Assembly: GCA_023245335.1 (NCBI GenBank)
Contig: JAHFKK010000001.1
Span: forward strand, 17,918-81,917
Direction: 5' to 3'
Origin: Candidatus Gottesmanbacteria bacterium
GTDB taxonomy: Bacteria > Patescibacteriota > Microgenomatia > UBA10105 > UBA927
DNA length: 64,000 nucleotides
In this document: piece by piece, positions 1 through 9,251 of the stretch
How the letters are laid out: each line of letters begins with the position of its first letter
Numbering within the stretch: the stretch's first letter is position 1
The notes under the pieces: generated by a model
What the model was told of the DNA's origin: nothing
What the model saw: the letters and a program-made list of their open reading frames with translations, nothing else
Database searches by the model: none
Program-made: the position numbers and the translations under genes

Positions 1-656
1 AAAAGGTACGGCGCATCCCCCACGCTTTTGAAAAAGTCATGCAAACGATCGATATACTCAAAAAAGCAGGTGTAGCCGATATCGGACTCACGTATACCCT
101 TATGGGTATAAACCGACAGGACATGCGGAAGGTGTATGAATACTGCAGAAAACAAGGCCTCTCGTTTTCGTTAAACGTCGTTCATGATTCCCCTATCTAT
201 TTCGGCACCGGTAAAACACAATTACAACCGAAACCTACCAGTGTCAAAAAGGACTTTGAGTATCTCTTCAAACGGCAAATGAAAAGCGTAAACCCGAAAG
301 ACTGGGGGAAAGCGTGGTTTAACCGCTATTCATACGAGTATATGGTGCATCATCGACGCCCCCTCCCCTGCGGGGCCGGAGAAAACTTTTTTTATATGGA
401 TCCGTTTGCAAACGTTTTTATGTGCCAGATCAAAAACTGGCCTATCGGAAACTTACGTAATCAATCTTTTGAGGATATTTGGTACTCAAAAGCAAAACAA
501 CAATTCCTACCTAAAGCAAGCGTCTGTAATGATTGTTGGATTATCTGCACAGCGAAAGATGCCATCAAACAAAACAAAATCAAAGTGATGGGAGACATCG
601 CCTCCTTAATCACGACCGGCCGACCCCTTTATGCGCCCAAATCAATCCGCGTCTAA
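1..656 (+). CDS. Radical SAM/SPASM-domain protein, C-terminal part (5' end outside window)
   Basis: The frame is open back to position 3. The C-terminal region has a SPASM/twitch-like Cys pattern (PCGAGENFFYMDPFANVFMC...GNL...IWYS...CNDCWIIC). Confidence 0.55.
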   Translation, partial: KVRRIPHAFEKVMQTIDILKKAGVADIGLTYTLMGINRQDMRKVYEYCRKQGLSFSLNVVHDSPIYFGTGKTQLQPKPTSVKKDFEYLFKRQMKSVNPKDWGKAWFNRYSYEYMVHHRRPLPCGAGENFFYMDPFANVFMCQIKNWPIGNLRNQSFEDIWYSKAKQQFLPKASVCNDCWIICTAKDAIKQNKIKVMGDIASLITTGRPLYAPKSIRV

Positions 657-1548
657 GCCACTGTCAATAAGTGTCGTGGTCTTGACCGCCGACAGACCCG
701 AACTCCTCAACCGTTGCCTGGCAACAATTGCCGCACAAACAGTCAAACCGAAAGACGTAATGATTATTGACGGCTCCACAAAGCCCCATGCAACACGCGT
801 CATCACAAAACGGTGGCTCGGCAAACTCCCCCTCGCCTACCGAAAAGACGCCAGGCACTCCATAGCCGCGGCGCGCAATCTCGGAGCCGCCATGAGTCAT
901 GGAGATCTCGTTATCTATCTCGATGATGACCTCGCCGCGGATAGGAATTATCTTCTCCGCATGCGGAAACACTTTGTTAGAGACACCCACCTTGCTGCGG
1001 TCATGGGACGCATCACAAATGCGCTTCCCGAAAATGTGTGTGCTTCTACACAATACGCGTACTACGAACGCGGATTACGACAGCACTTCCCATCATTCAA
1101 AAAAAAACAAAAAATAACATCAGGCCGCATCCTTGATTGTGAAGTTATGGGTATCCGGAGGAGTATAGTGACACGCATCGGATTTCTTGGAGGCCGGCCT
1201 TTTCACTTCCGTCACGACGACGTCGAACTGGGATTACGGCTGATGGCGACAAAAGCGTCCGTCACATATGATCCTGCAATTGTCGCTTCCGCTTACCCCA
1301 GGAGTACGCTCTGGTCCCTTTGGACCGCCGCATTCTGGAACGGATACAGCGATGCATATATAGAAAAACTGTATGTCATAGATCTGCGTGCTTCCCCCCA
1401 TCCGTCAAAATTCCTCCCATGGTTTTGGCGACAGATACTATCCAAATCCCATTTCCGAGTATGGGAAAAAATTTTCTACGGACTTCTCCTCCTCTCGTTT
1501 CCCGCAGTATCGAGAATCGGTAAACTGTGGTGCCGGCTACACATATGA
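631..1548 (+). CDS. Family 2 glycosyltransferase
   Basis: GT2 N-terminal fold motifs: SISVVVLTADRPELL...MIIDGS...AARNLG...YLDDDL. A C-terminal hydrophobic segment is present. Confidence 0.7.
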   Translation: MRPNQSASKPLSISVVVLTADRPELLNRCLATIAAQTVKPKDVMIIDGSTKPHATRVITKRWLGKLPLAYRKDARHSIAAARNLGAAMSHGDLVIYLDDDLAADRNYLLRMRKHFVRDTHLAAVMGRITNALPENVCASTQYAYYERGLRQHFPSFKKKQKITSGRILDCEVMGIRRSIVTRIGFLGGRPFHFRHDDVELGLRLMATKASVTYDPAIVASAYPRSTLWSLWTAAFWNGYSDAYIEKLYVIDLRASPHPSKFLPWFWRQILSKSHFRVWEKIFYGLLLLSFPAVSRIGKLWCRLHI

Positions 1549-2630
1549 AAGTCGCCATTGTTCATGATAGCTTTGCGGAATTCGGCGGTGCCGAACGGGT
1601 TGTGAATGTTCTCCTGGAACTTTTTCCGGATGCGGATTTGTATACAGCGTTTAACAAAAAGGAATACCGGGTTCCCCGCATCCGACGGGAAAAATTCCAT
1701 ATGTCGTGGATTCAGCCGTTTCCGGTTGAGGGTCATACGTCGTTTGTCCAGGCCATAGCACCCCTCATCTGGCGCAGCTTCCGTTTCGACGCGTACGATC
1801 TCGTTATTTCTCACGGAAATCATCTCATGAGTAATCTCATCCACGTTCCGCATGCCGTTCATATAACCTTCATTGAAACACCTCCGAAAAACATCATCGG
1901 CATGACGCCGCTGACCCCGCTCCAACGATTCACGCATTACGAACGCATTATCGCACCGATCTATCGCCGGGCCCTTCGAGATACGCCGTACGTCGTCGTC
2001 AATTCTCAGCATATGCGTCGTGTCATACGACAGCGAACCGGCGTGGATACGGCTGTCATATATCCGCCGGTCATTGTCCCGCCTCGCATCCCGAAAAAGC
2101 GAATGGGGAAATTTTACCTTTGCGTATCCCGCCTCGCCCGGGAAAAAAATCTGGAACTCGCGATTCTTGCGGCGACCAAACTCCGCGTGCCCTTAAAAAT
2201 CGCCGGTATATCAAATAATCCCTCCTACGACCGATATCTGCATGCGATTGCCGGTCCGACCGTGACGTTTTTGGGGTTCCGTTTTGATGATATGGAAGAG
2301 TTGTATGCAGAGGCTATCGCATTTCTGTTTCCCTCACTAAGTGAAGACTTCGGTATTGCGCCCTTGGAAGCGACCGCACACGGTGTCCCGGTCATCGCCT
2401 ATTACGGAGGCGGGACCAAGGAAACGGTTATCGAGGGTAAGACCGGAACGTTTTTTCACGCCCACACGGCGGCCTCGCTTATCCAGGCAATCGGACGCAT
2501 CAAAGCCATGCGCTTCGATCCCAACATACTCTACGCGCACGCCAAACGATTCGGTGTTCCGAGATTCAAACGGGAATTCATGGACTATGTGAAGAAAGCA
2601 GTGGCAAACACGCCGTCATTCCCCTCCTGA
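1527..2630 (+). CDS. GT4 (group 1) glycosyltransferase
   Basis: N-terminus MKVAIVHDSFAEFGGAERVV. EX7E motif SEDFGIAPLEATAHGVPVIAY...KTGTFF. Confidence 0.8.
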   Translation: MVPATHMKVAIVHDSFAEFGGAERVVNVLLELFPDADLYTAFNKKEYRVPRIRREKFHMSWIQPFPVEGHTSFVQAIAPLIWRSFRFDAYDLVISHGNHLMSNLIHVPHAVHITFIETPPKNIIGMTPLTPLQRFTHYERIIAPIYRRALRDTPYVVVNSQHMRRVIRQRTGVDTAVIYPPVIVPPRIPKKRMGKFYLCVSRLAREKNLELAILAATKLRVPLKIAGISNNPSYDRYLHAIAGPTVTFLGFRFDDMEELYAEAIAFLFPSLSEDFGIAPLEATAHGVPVIAYYGGGTKETVIEGKTGTFFHAHTAASLIQAIGRIKAMRFDPNILYAHAKRFGVPRFKREFMDYVKKAVANTPSFPS

Positions 2631-3458
2631 TACTATCTCCGTGACACGTGGCTCAATCACTATTTGCGCAAATATGAGCGGTAATCTGCTGTTTACTTTG
2701 ACCGGAACACTGCCTAAAAACATCGGGCCGCCGCTCGTTCCCGTCACAGTAAGCTCAAGCGTCAGTCCGATAACAGGCCCCGAATTGCCGACGCCGGCAA
2801 TATTCGTTTTCCCGACTACTTTGGCAAGGACGGCCCCCTGGTCGCTTTTCACCTCATCACCTACATGAATCCGATCCGCGATAAATGACTCCACTCCGCC
2901 GGACTGTTGAAACGAACGATCACCGTCTAACTGGGACGACTCAAGAAGTGCATTCACGGTCATTGTCTCCATCGTTTTTTGCCGATATCGGCCGTTTATG
3001 TCCGATACAATTCCGGCAACCGCGACCGGACCGACTTCAAAACGGATCCAGTCACCCAAAAAAATCGGCACGCCCTGATAGGTATACCGGCCATCCTTGG
3101 CGTTATATACGGCAGGTACTTTCACTGTCACATACACCGTTTTATGTGCGTCAAAAGATGCTGATGGCGGACGGTCAAACGATTCTACCGAGATTATTTG
3201 GGAATCCGACTGCCCCAGTGCGCCCTTCCCGGATAAACCCCGGATAAAATATTGTGCATCATGTACGGACGGAGCGCCGTCATCGATGCCGAGCATATCC
3301 CTATTCGTTATCCGTACTTCTACGGTAACCATTGCGGTTTTAGATGAAGTCAGGGAAACGACAAAACCTGTGGCAAGGAGTATCAACACCAGAACCGTAT
3401 ACTCGAAAAACCCCCACTGTTTTGTGAAATCCCGGATGATCGCTCTCAACGTACTCAT
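2616..3458 (-). CDS. Hypothetical membrane-anchored protein
   Basis: 280-aa ORF with an N-terminal transmembrane helix (YTVLVLILLATGFVVSL). It overlaps the upstream gene by 4 nt, which suggests an operon. Confidence 0.5.
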   Translation of the reverse strand: MSTLRAIIRDFTKQWGFFEYTVLVLILLATGFVVSLTSSKTAMVTVEVRITNRDMLGIDDGAPSVHDAQYFIRGLSGKGALGQSDSQIISVESFDRPPSASFDAHKTVYVTVKVPAVYNAKDGRYTYQGVPIFLGDWIRFEVGPVAVAGIVSDINGRYRQKTMETMTVNALLESSQLDGDRSFQQSGGVESFIADRIHVGDEVKSDQGAVLAKVVGKTNIAGVGNSGPVIGLTLELTVTGTSGGPMFLGSVPVKVNSRLPLIFAQIVIEPRVTEIVSGGE

Positions 3459-4933
3459 ACGTATGATGCCTTTCGTGCCGCACTGAAGCTCGCGTATATC
3501 ATAACGAGTAACGTGAGCTCCTGCAAATCAGGCAGCAAGGGCTGAAGTTGACTGTTTACAAGGACCGCTATAACGCCGGCGGCGGCACCGCTTAGGTATA
3601 TAAGCCGGACGCCCCGGGATTTTTTCATCTCGCGCCACACTATCCATCCCAACCCAAAAAGAACCAAAACATACGGCCCGAAACCTACGATACCGGTCTC
3701 GACGAAAAGCTCCGCAAATCCATTGTGGACCGGTTCCGGGATAAAAACCGCATAGGGAACATGACGGACCACAGACCCAAGATACGACGCATAGACATCC
3801 ATTGAGAGCCCGACGCCAAAAAGGGGGTGCATACGGGCGCTTCGTATCGCATCTGTCAGTAATCCAAGGCGGGTTCCGCCGCTCCCGTACGGCGTAAATG
3901 TATACGCGGTACCCGCGAGCCTTGGAAATACGAGGTACCAGACCACCGCTAATATAATCGGGAGGGACATATAAAGTATCGGGCGAACGTCAACGGGAAT
4001 TGCCGGACGGTGACCGCGGACTTTTTCGATATAAAAGAAAAAAAATAATAGGGCAAAAACACCCGCTATCCAGGCGGAACGGCTCTGGGTCAACGTAAGC
4101 GCCATGAGCCCCAGCGTCACGGCAAACGCTCCGAACCTGCGTACGTACGCATGCCTGTCAAACAACACGGGAATAACGAGAAAGAGTGAAAATATGAGAT
4201 AGTGGGCTAATATATTTGCATGCGTAAATGTCCCACCGAAACGGTATGCAAACGTCGCGTCCGGATTCGTATCTACCGGGATAAATCCCGGAAAACCCTC
4301 TATAAGTAACCCCAGCGGTGCACCACGGACATATTGCGCTCCGGCGACGACACTTTCGAATCCTAACCCTGCGATAAGTACACTCATGACAAGCTGCAAA
4401 TCCAAACGGGGTAAGACGCGGGTGACATAGGTATACACAATAAACGGTTCGATAAACACCAGCGCTTGAACAAACGAAATATCCGGTATGACCGATCCGA
4501 GAAACGCGGACAGTGCCATTCCTACGGGTAGAACCAAGAGTATCCATCCGACCGCATCGCGCGGCCAAAAGAGCATCCGTTGTCGTATACTTTGCCGAAC
4601 ACTCAATACCCCCATAAGAACCACCGCTACATCACGCATGGTAACCGTGCTATGTGCGGTAATGCCCAAAAATCTATACGGGATGTTGAGCTGAATAGGA
4701 CTCACGAGGACGACCGGAAAAAATTTACCCAAACCTACGGGGATAAACGCCAGGTACGAAATAACAAGCGCCTGTGCCACATCCTGTAAGACCCACGCCA
4801 CTACCCCGACATAACACATCATCACGCCTATCGCTATTTTTTTGTCGGGAACGACCCAAAGAAGTGCATACAAGACGATCGTGATAACACAAATCCGTAC
4901 GGGGAGAAGTTTCATTTTGCCAAATTCTATCAT
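3455..4933 (-). CDS. O-antigen ligase/polymerase-like (Wzy_C-like) polytopic membrane protein
   Basis: At least 10 predicted TM helices and a LTLTQSRSAWIAG motif typical of the Wzy_C family. The start is chosen at MIEFGKMKLLP; the longer ORF reaching 5050 would overlap the divergent gene. Confidence 0.55.
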   Translation of the reverse strand: MIEFGKMKLLPVRICVITIVLYALLWVVPDKKIAIGVMMCYVGVVAWVLQDVAQALVISYLAFIPVGLGKFFPVVLVSPIQLNIPYRFLGITAHSTVTMRDVAVVLMGVLSVRQSIRQRMLFWPRDAVGWILLVLPVGMALSAFLGSVIPDISFVQALVFIEPFIVYTYVTRVLPRLDLQLVMSVLIAGLGFESVVAGAQYVRGAPLGLLIEGFPGFIPVDTNPDATFAYRFGGTFTHANILAHYLIFSLFLVIPVLFDRHAYVRRFGAFAVTLGLMALTLTQSRSAWIAGVFALLFFFFYIEKVRGHRPAIPVDVRPILYMSLPIILAVVWYLVFPRLAGTAYTFTPYGSGGTRLGLLTDAIRSARMHPLFGVGLSMDVYASYLGSVVRHVPYAVFIPEPVHNGFAELFVETGIVGFGPYVLVLFGLGWIVWREMKKSRGVRLIYLSGAAAGVIAVLVNSQLQPLLPDLQELTLLVMIYASFSAARKASYV

Positions 4934-4955
4934 ACAATGATCCACACTATTACGT

Positions 4956-5912
4956 ATGCGCCTCACGAACCGTCCGATTATCGCTATAGTGGGCTTAGGA
5001 GAATGGGGAGAAAAATTAGTTCGTATCGCCACGCACCTGAATGTGCCCATTCACGGCTTTGACATCGAGTCTTCAAAAACACGACGCATCAAACGCCTAT
5101 ATCCCATGTTAGAGACCCACACATCAGCCGCATCTCTTTTGAATGACGCTCGTATATCTGCTGTGATGATCGCCACCCCGCCACTGACCCATTACATGCT
5201 TTCCCGTCGGGCGCTCATTGCAGGCAAACACGTTCTTATCGAAAAACCCATGACCCAATCGGTCTCCCAAGCACAAGCGTTAACAACGCTTGCAACTGCT
5301 TCGGACCGCATTATCATGGTGGACCACACCTATATATTTTCACCGGCCCTTACGCGAGTACGACGGCTGGTGCACTCTGACTTCATCGGACGGCTCATAC
5401 GTATTGAAAGCGTACGAAACGGCGGCCATCCGCGCAAAGACAGTTCGGTACTCTGGGATTTTGCCCCGCATGACATCACTATCGCCCAATTTCTTATGGG
5501 CGCCCTCCCCACTGGCGTTCAAACACTGGCGTTGCCATACAAAAAAAATACACTCTTGGACGACGCCACAATCCAACTTGTCTTCACCGACTCGGACGTC
5601 CGGTATCTGGCGCACGTGAGCTGGAATGATTCGACCAAGACCCGGTCACTTATATGTGTCGGGGAAAAGGCCTCGCTCACGCTTTCCTGGGACGGCACCA
5701 GAGAAACACTCACACACGATGTCTCCGGCACGCGGCGCCTCATTCACACCGCCCAAAAAGAACCGTTAGAAGAAATGTTCCTGCATTTCATTTCTTCTAT
5801 ACGTAGCGGAAAACAGCCCGTCTCAAACGGGGAAATGGGATACCAAGTGGTCCGCATCATTGCAGCGCTCCACGAATCGTGGAAAAATGACGGTGCGAAG
5901 ATAATCCTATGA
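4956..5912 (+). CDS. Gfo/Idh/MocA-family NAD(P)-dependent sugar oxidoreductase (WbpB-like)
   Basis: N-terminal Rossmann motif IAIVGLGEWGEKLV with overall Gfo/Idh/MocA layout. Its end is coupled (4-nt overlap) to the following aminotransferase. Confidence 0.8.
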   Translation: MRLTNRPIIAIVGLGEWGEKLVRIATHLNVPIHGFDIESSKTRRIKRLYPMLETHTSAASLLNDARISAVMIATPPLTHYMLSRRALIAGKHVLIEKPMTQSVSQAQALTTLATASDRIIMVDHTYIFSPALTRVRRLVHSDFIGRLIRIESVRNGGHPRKDSSVLWDFAPHDITIAQFLMGALPTGVQTLALPYKKNTLLDDATIQLVFTDSDVRYLAHVSWNDSTKTRSLICVGEKASLTLSWDGTRETLTHDVSGTRRLIHTAQKEPLEEMFLHFISSIRSGKQPVSNGEMGYQVVRIIAALHESWKNDGAKIIL

Positions 5913-7063
5913 CGATACCTCTTGTTGATCTTGTTGCCCGCCATCTGCCGCTCCGTGGACGATACCTCGATGCGATAGATACCGTCCTAAAACACGGCAT
6001 GTTTGCACAGGGAAAAGAAGTAGAGATCTTTGAGCATACGTTTGCAAAATTTTGCGGGCGCCGCTATGCGGTCGGCGTCGGTTCGGGTACCGACGCGCTC
6101 AAGCTGACCCTACAGGCGCTCCATATAGGACCGGGAGATGAAGTCATTATCCCGGCTTTCACCTTCGTGAGTACGGCGTTTGCCGTGATAGCAGTCGGTG
6201 CCAAACCGGTATTTGTGGATATCGATCCCTTCTCTCTGACACTCGACCCCAAAAAACTCTTCCGCGCCGCCACAAAACACTCGCGCGTCATTATTCCCGT
6301 TCATCTCTATGGGAGACCCGCCGCGATGAAGGAAATCATGGCATTTGCAGACCGTCACCATCTCTTTGTCGTTGAAGACGCGGCACAAGCGCACGGCAGC
6401 AGCTATGACGGAAAACGCGCCGGGAGCTACGGTATCGCCGGATGCTTTTCGTTTTACCCCTCCAAAAACCTCGGCTCTTTCGGAGATGCCGGCGCCGTAG
6501 TAACAAATGATGCTTCTGTCGCTTATTCCGTCCGGGCATTAGGGAATAACGGACAGCGTACAAAATACGTTCACACAGAAATCGGAACAACAAGCAGACT
6601 CGATACCATTCAGGCCGCTGTCCTTTCGCTCGCCTTGCGCCATCTGGATCGTGATAATGCCCGAAGGCGACTGCACGCGGCCCTCTATCAAGCTCTGCTT
6701 CACGATCTTCCTATAACCTTACCGACCGAAAACGCGTCTCATTGCATCACCAATTATCATCTCTATGTGATCCGGACGAGAAAACGGGATGCGCTGCGTC
6801 GGTATCTCAAAACCCGCGGTATCGAGACCGGCATTCATTACCCGTCCCCTATGCACCTCACCCCCGCACTCAAGTATCTCGGGTACCCTGAAGGCTCCTT
6901 CCCCGAGAGTGAACAGGCAGCGAAAGAAGTCCTAAGCCTTCCGATGTATCCGGAGTTAAAAGAGGAACAAATCCGCACCGTCGCACATGCAATCCGATCT
7001 TTTTTTACCGAAAAGCATGCGTCTGCAAAGAAAAGAACGGCGCTACGAAAACAGAACATCTAA
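5909..7063 (+). CDS. DegT/DnrJ/EryC1/StrS-family PLP-dependent sugar aminotransferase
   Basis: Motifs GSGTDALKLTLQAL, IIPAFTFVSTA and PLP-lysine region FSFYPSKNLGSFGDAGAVVTND. Confidence 0.85.
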   Translation: MTIPLVDLVARHLPLRGRYLDAIDTVLKHGMFAQGKEVEIFEHTFAKFCGRRYAVGVGSGTDALKLTLQALHIGPGDEVIIPAFTFVSTAFAVIAVGAKPVFVDIDPFSLTLDPKKLFRAATKHSRVIIPVHLYGRPAAMKEIMAFADRHHLFVVEDAAQAHGSSYDGKRAGSYGIAGCFSFYPSKNLGSFGDAGAVVTNDASVAYSVRALGNNGQRTKYVHTEIGTTSRLDTIQAAVLSLALRHLDRDNARRRLHAALYQALLHDLPITLPTENASHCITNYHLYVIRTRKRDALRRYLKTRGIETGIHYPSPMHLTPALKYLGYPEGSFPESEQAAKEVLSLPMYPELKEEQIRTVAHAIRSFFTEKHASAKKRTALRKQNI

Positions 7064-7636
7064 CACATACTGTAGCGGCGAGGAGAAAAAGAGATATAAC
7101 GAATTTTTCACTCTCACGGACCTTCTTCCGTACGACATCCTGAAATGCTTACTGTACAACTTGCCGGAAAAATTCAAAACCGGCGTATCCTTCGATTCAT
7201 CAAATTCGTAATCTCCGGTATCGGCAAAAAGCCGGACCAACAAACTATAACTCGACTTTGCCGTTGTCCAATCGTACACCTCCCAAACGTTCGGCAAAAT
7301 CGGTGTATATTCAAAAGGAAAAATAATATCACGGTAATACCCCGGAGGGAGATATGGAGAGTGTCCGACGATCCGCGTTCCGCCTTCGTCCAGATATAAT
7401 GCGACAAACCCGCCTTTTTTCAGCCGGACGGAGGTCAGATGGACGACCGTACTGGTCGGCTGGTCAAACACCACAACACGATTGTATGGGGCCCATATAA
7501 GGATACACGCAACGATAACACCGACAAGCATGCCGATCGTGAGGACGGTAACAAAAAAAGGGAATATCCGACCATCCCGATGGCGCAATATATTTGAAGC
7601 GCCCGGTGCGCTTGCATTTCCGGAAGGAACATCCAT
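7043..7636 (-). CDS. Hypothetical membrane-anchored protein
   Basis: 197-aa ORF with one TM helix (FFVTVLTIGMLVGVIVACILIW). No recognisable domain. Confidence 0.4.
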   Translation of the reverse strand: MDVPSGNASAPGASNILRHRDGRIFPFFVTVLTIGMLVGVIVACILIWAPYNRVVVFDQPTSTVVHLTSVRLKKGGFVALYLDEGGTRIVGHSPYLPPGYYRDIIFPFEYTPILPNVWEVYDWTTAKSSYSLLVRLFADTGDYEFDESKDTPVLNFSGKLYSKHFRMSYGRRSVRVKNSLYLFFSSPLQYVLDVLFS

Positions 7637-7645
7637 ACAATAAAA

Positions 7646-8467
7646 TTGTATCTCATCTTGCCCATGGCAACAATTGCACCAAATCCAACGATCACTCCCG
7701 GCGCCCCGGCACCTTTGCAGGCGACGAACTTCCCCATTCCCGCCAAACGTACATACCCAATTTCACTATCCCCCCCGTCTAAATACACGATGCTGCGTAT
7801 CCTCTCTATATCGATTGGGCTTATCGTCGCATATAGCGTATTCCGGTTTGGGAGTATCGACGGCTTCATGGTTCCGAAATTATTTCAGGTCGAACACATG
7901 CGGGTAGATAATGCGGTCTTCTCACCAACGACTGCGTTTATCCGGATGGAAGAAAACAAGGATACCGTAACCTCTATTACGATAGACAACCGTGATTTCG
8001 TGCGGACCTTACCGGATAATATCGGAGCGCTTTATGCACTAAAAACCCTGACCATCATAAACCAGCCGCTGCAATCGCTCCCTGAATCTATCGGATCACT
8101 GCATAATCTCGAAAGCCTGACCGTCTATAACACACCTCTCAATTTCTTACCCGCGACAATCGGTAACCTCACGCATCTTAAAAAACTCGTAGTGGTCGGC
8201 ACACACATCACCTCTCTACCCTTTAGCGTAAGCAATCTTTCAAACCTCACCGACGTCAATATTTCGTATGATCGCCTCAGCACTATCCCGGCATCCGTGT
8301 ATAAGTTACCCAAATTGTACACTCTTGATATGACCCATAATCATCTGGCGTCGCTTGAACCGAAGTTTCAGGGAGATGTCAATTCAATCTTCCTGGGAGG
8401 AAACGGTATATCACAGAACATACTGGACAAAATTGATCATTTGGCCCTATACGACCTGTATTATTAA
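7646..8467 (+). CDS. Leucine-rich-repeat protein (start uncertain; possible TTG at 7646 or ATG at 7790)
   Basis: Tandem ~23-aa LRRs (LxxLxxLxLxxNxLxxLPxxIGx: LKTLTIINQPLQSLPESIGSLHNLESLTVYNTPLNFLPATIGNLTHLKKL...). A hydrophobic N-terminal anchor begins at MLRILSISIGLIV. Confidence 0.65.
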   Translation: MYLILPMATIAPNPTITPGAPAPLQATNFPIPAKRTYPISLSPPSKYTMLRILSISIGLIVAYSVFRFGSIDGFMVPKLFQVEHMRVDNAVFSPTTAFIRMEENKDTVTSITIDNRDFVRTLPDNIGALYALKTLTIINQPLQSLPESIGSLHNLESLTVYNTPLNFLPATIGNLTHLKKLVVVGTHITSLPFSVSNLSNLTDVNISYDRLSTIPASVYKLPKLYTLDMTHNHLASLEPKFQGDVNSIFLGGNGISQNILDKIDHLALYDLYY

Positions 8468-8477
8468 AACCCTGCGT

Positions 8478-8510
8478 TCTTCTTCATGGCTTTTTAGCCA
8501 CGAGAAGAAG
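8478..8510. terminator. Imperfect hairpin between convergent LRR and methyltransferase genes (possible bidirectional terminator)
   Basis: CTTCTTC(A)TGGC - TTTTTA loop - GCCA(CGA)GAAGAAG. It lies in the 16-nt gap between stop codons at 8465..8467 (+) and 8484..8486 (-). Confidence 0.3.
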
Positions 8511-9251
8511 CGATGACCCCCACGGATAAGAAATGGTGGAGAGAAGTGAAGCCTCTACCCCGCATACGGAAGATAAAAAAGCATTCCATGAGTTTCTCAA
8601 CGGAGCGACGTCGGAACGCTCGGGCATGCCCTGTATGAAAACCCGACCCCAAGCTATTTTGAGCACAAATAACGGAAAAAGAAAAAAATACGTATACGTT
8701 TGTTTCGTTATATCAAATCCAGATTCCCGAACCTCTGTCACTAAATCCGATAAGATATAACGCTTTCGCGCACTCACCGCCTGATCGTGTGGTCCGACTA
8801 ACCAGGGAATGGCACAGACGGTTATGACGAGGAGTCCCCCATGACGGAGTACCCGGTATGCTTCCGCAAACACCCTGTCATCATGAATTCCTTTATGGTA
8901 TAAAACATCAAGCGAACATACCATATCCAAACTATTCGTCTTGAGTCCCGTCGCTTCCGCTTTCCCGAAAAAAATCGGCATATGTCGTTTTCTGGCGTAC
9001 ATTCTTCCCAAGGGATGAGGCTCTATACCGACAACACGGCCGTACTGGGACAAAAATGCGTACATCCCTCCGGTTCCAGCGCCGATATCCGCTATCCGAA
9101 GGCTCCCGCCTGTTTTGACGCCTAATGCCCGAAATACAACAGCAAGAAACGCGCGGCGGCTGATAAACCACCAGTGTGTAAGTTCCACCTCATACATGAT
9201 GTGGTATTCACGGGCTCGCATGAAGAATTCTGCCGGAAATGGCGCCGGCAA
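8484..9251 (-). CDS. Class I SAM-dependent methyltransferase
   Basis: Motif I IADIGAGTGGM and motif II/III region VLRHGGLLVITV. The N-terminal YEVELTHWWF is typical of this MTase subgroup. The start may be the internal Met at 9221. Confidence 0.75.
   Translation of the reverse strand: MPAPFPAEFFMRAREYHIMYEVELTHWWFISRRAFLAVVFRALGVKTGGSLRIADIGAGTGGMYAFLSQYGRVVGIEPHPLGRMYARKRHMPIFFGKAEATGLKTNSLDMVCSLDVLYHKGIHDDRVFAEAYRVLRHGGLLVITVCAIPWLVGPHDQAVSARKRYILSDLVTEVRESGFDITKQTYTYFFLFPLFVLKIAWGRVFIQGMPERSDVAPLRNSWNAFLSSVCGVEASLLSTISYPWGSSLLLVAKKP

Noticed and set aside
1476-2012. 178-aa minus-strand ORF antisense to the GT4 gene
   Set aside because: It lies fully inside a well-supported GT4 coding region on the opposite strand. 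Its Arg-rich composition is typical of antisense frames.
7435-7869. 144-aa minus-strand ORF overlapping the LRR gene start
   Set aside because: It overlaps the far better supported LRR gene and the 7043..7636 gene. It has no motifs and no promoter geometry, so it is likely spurious.
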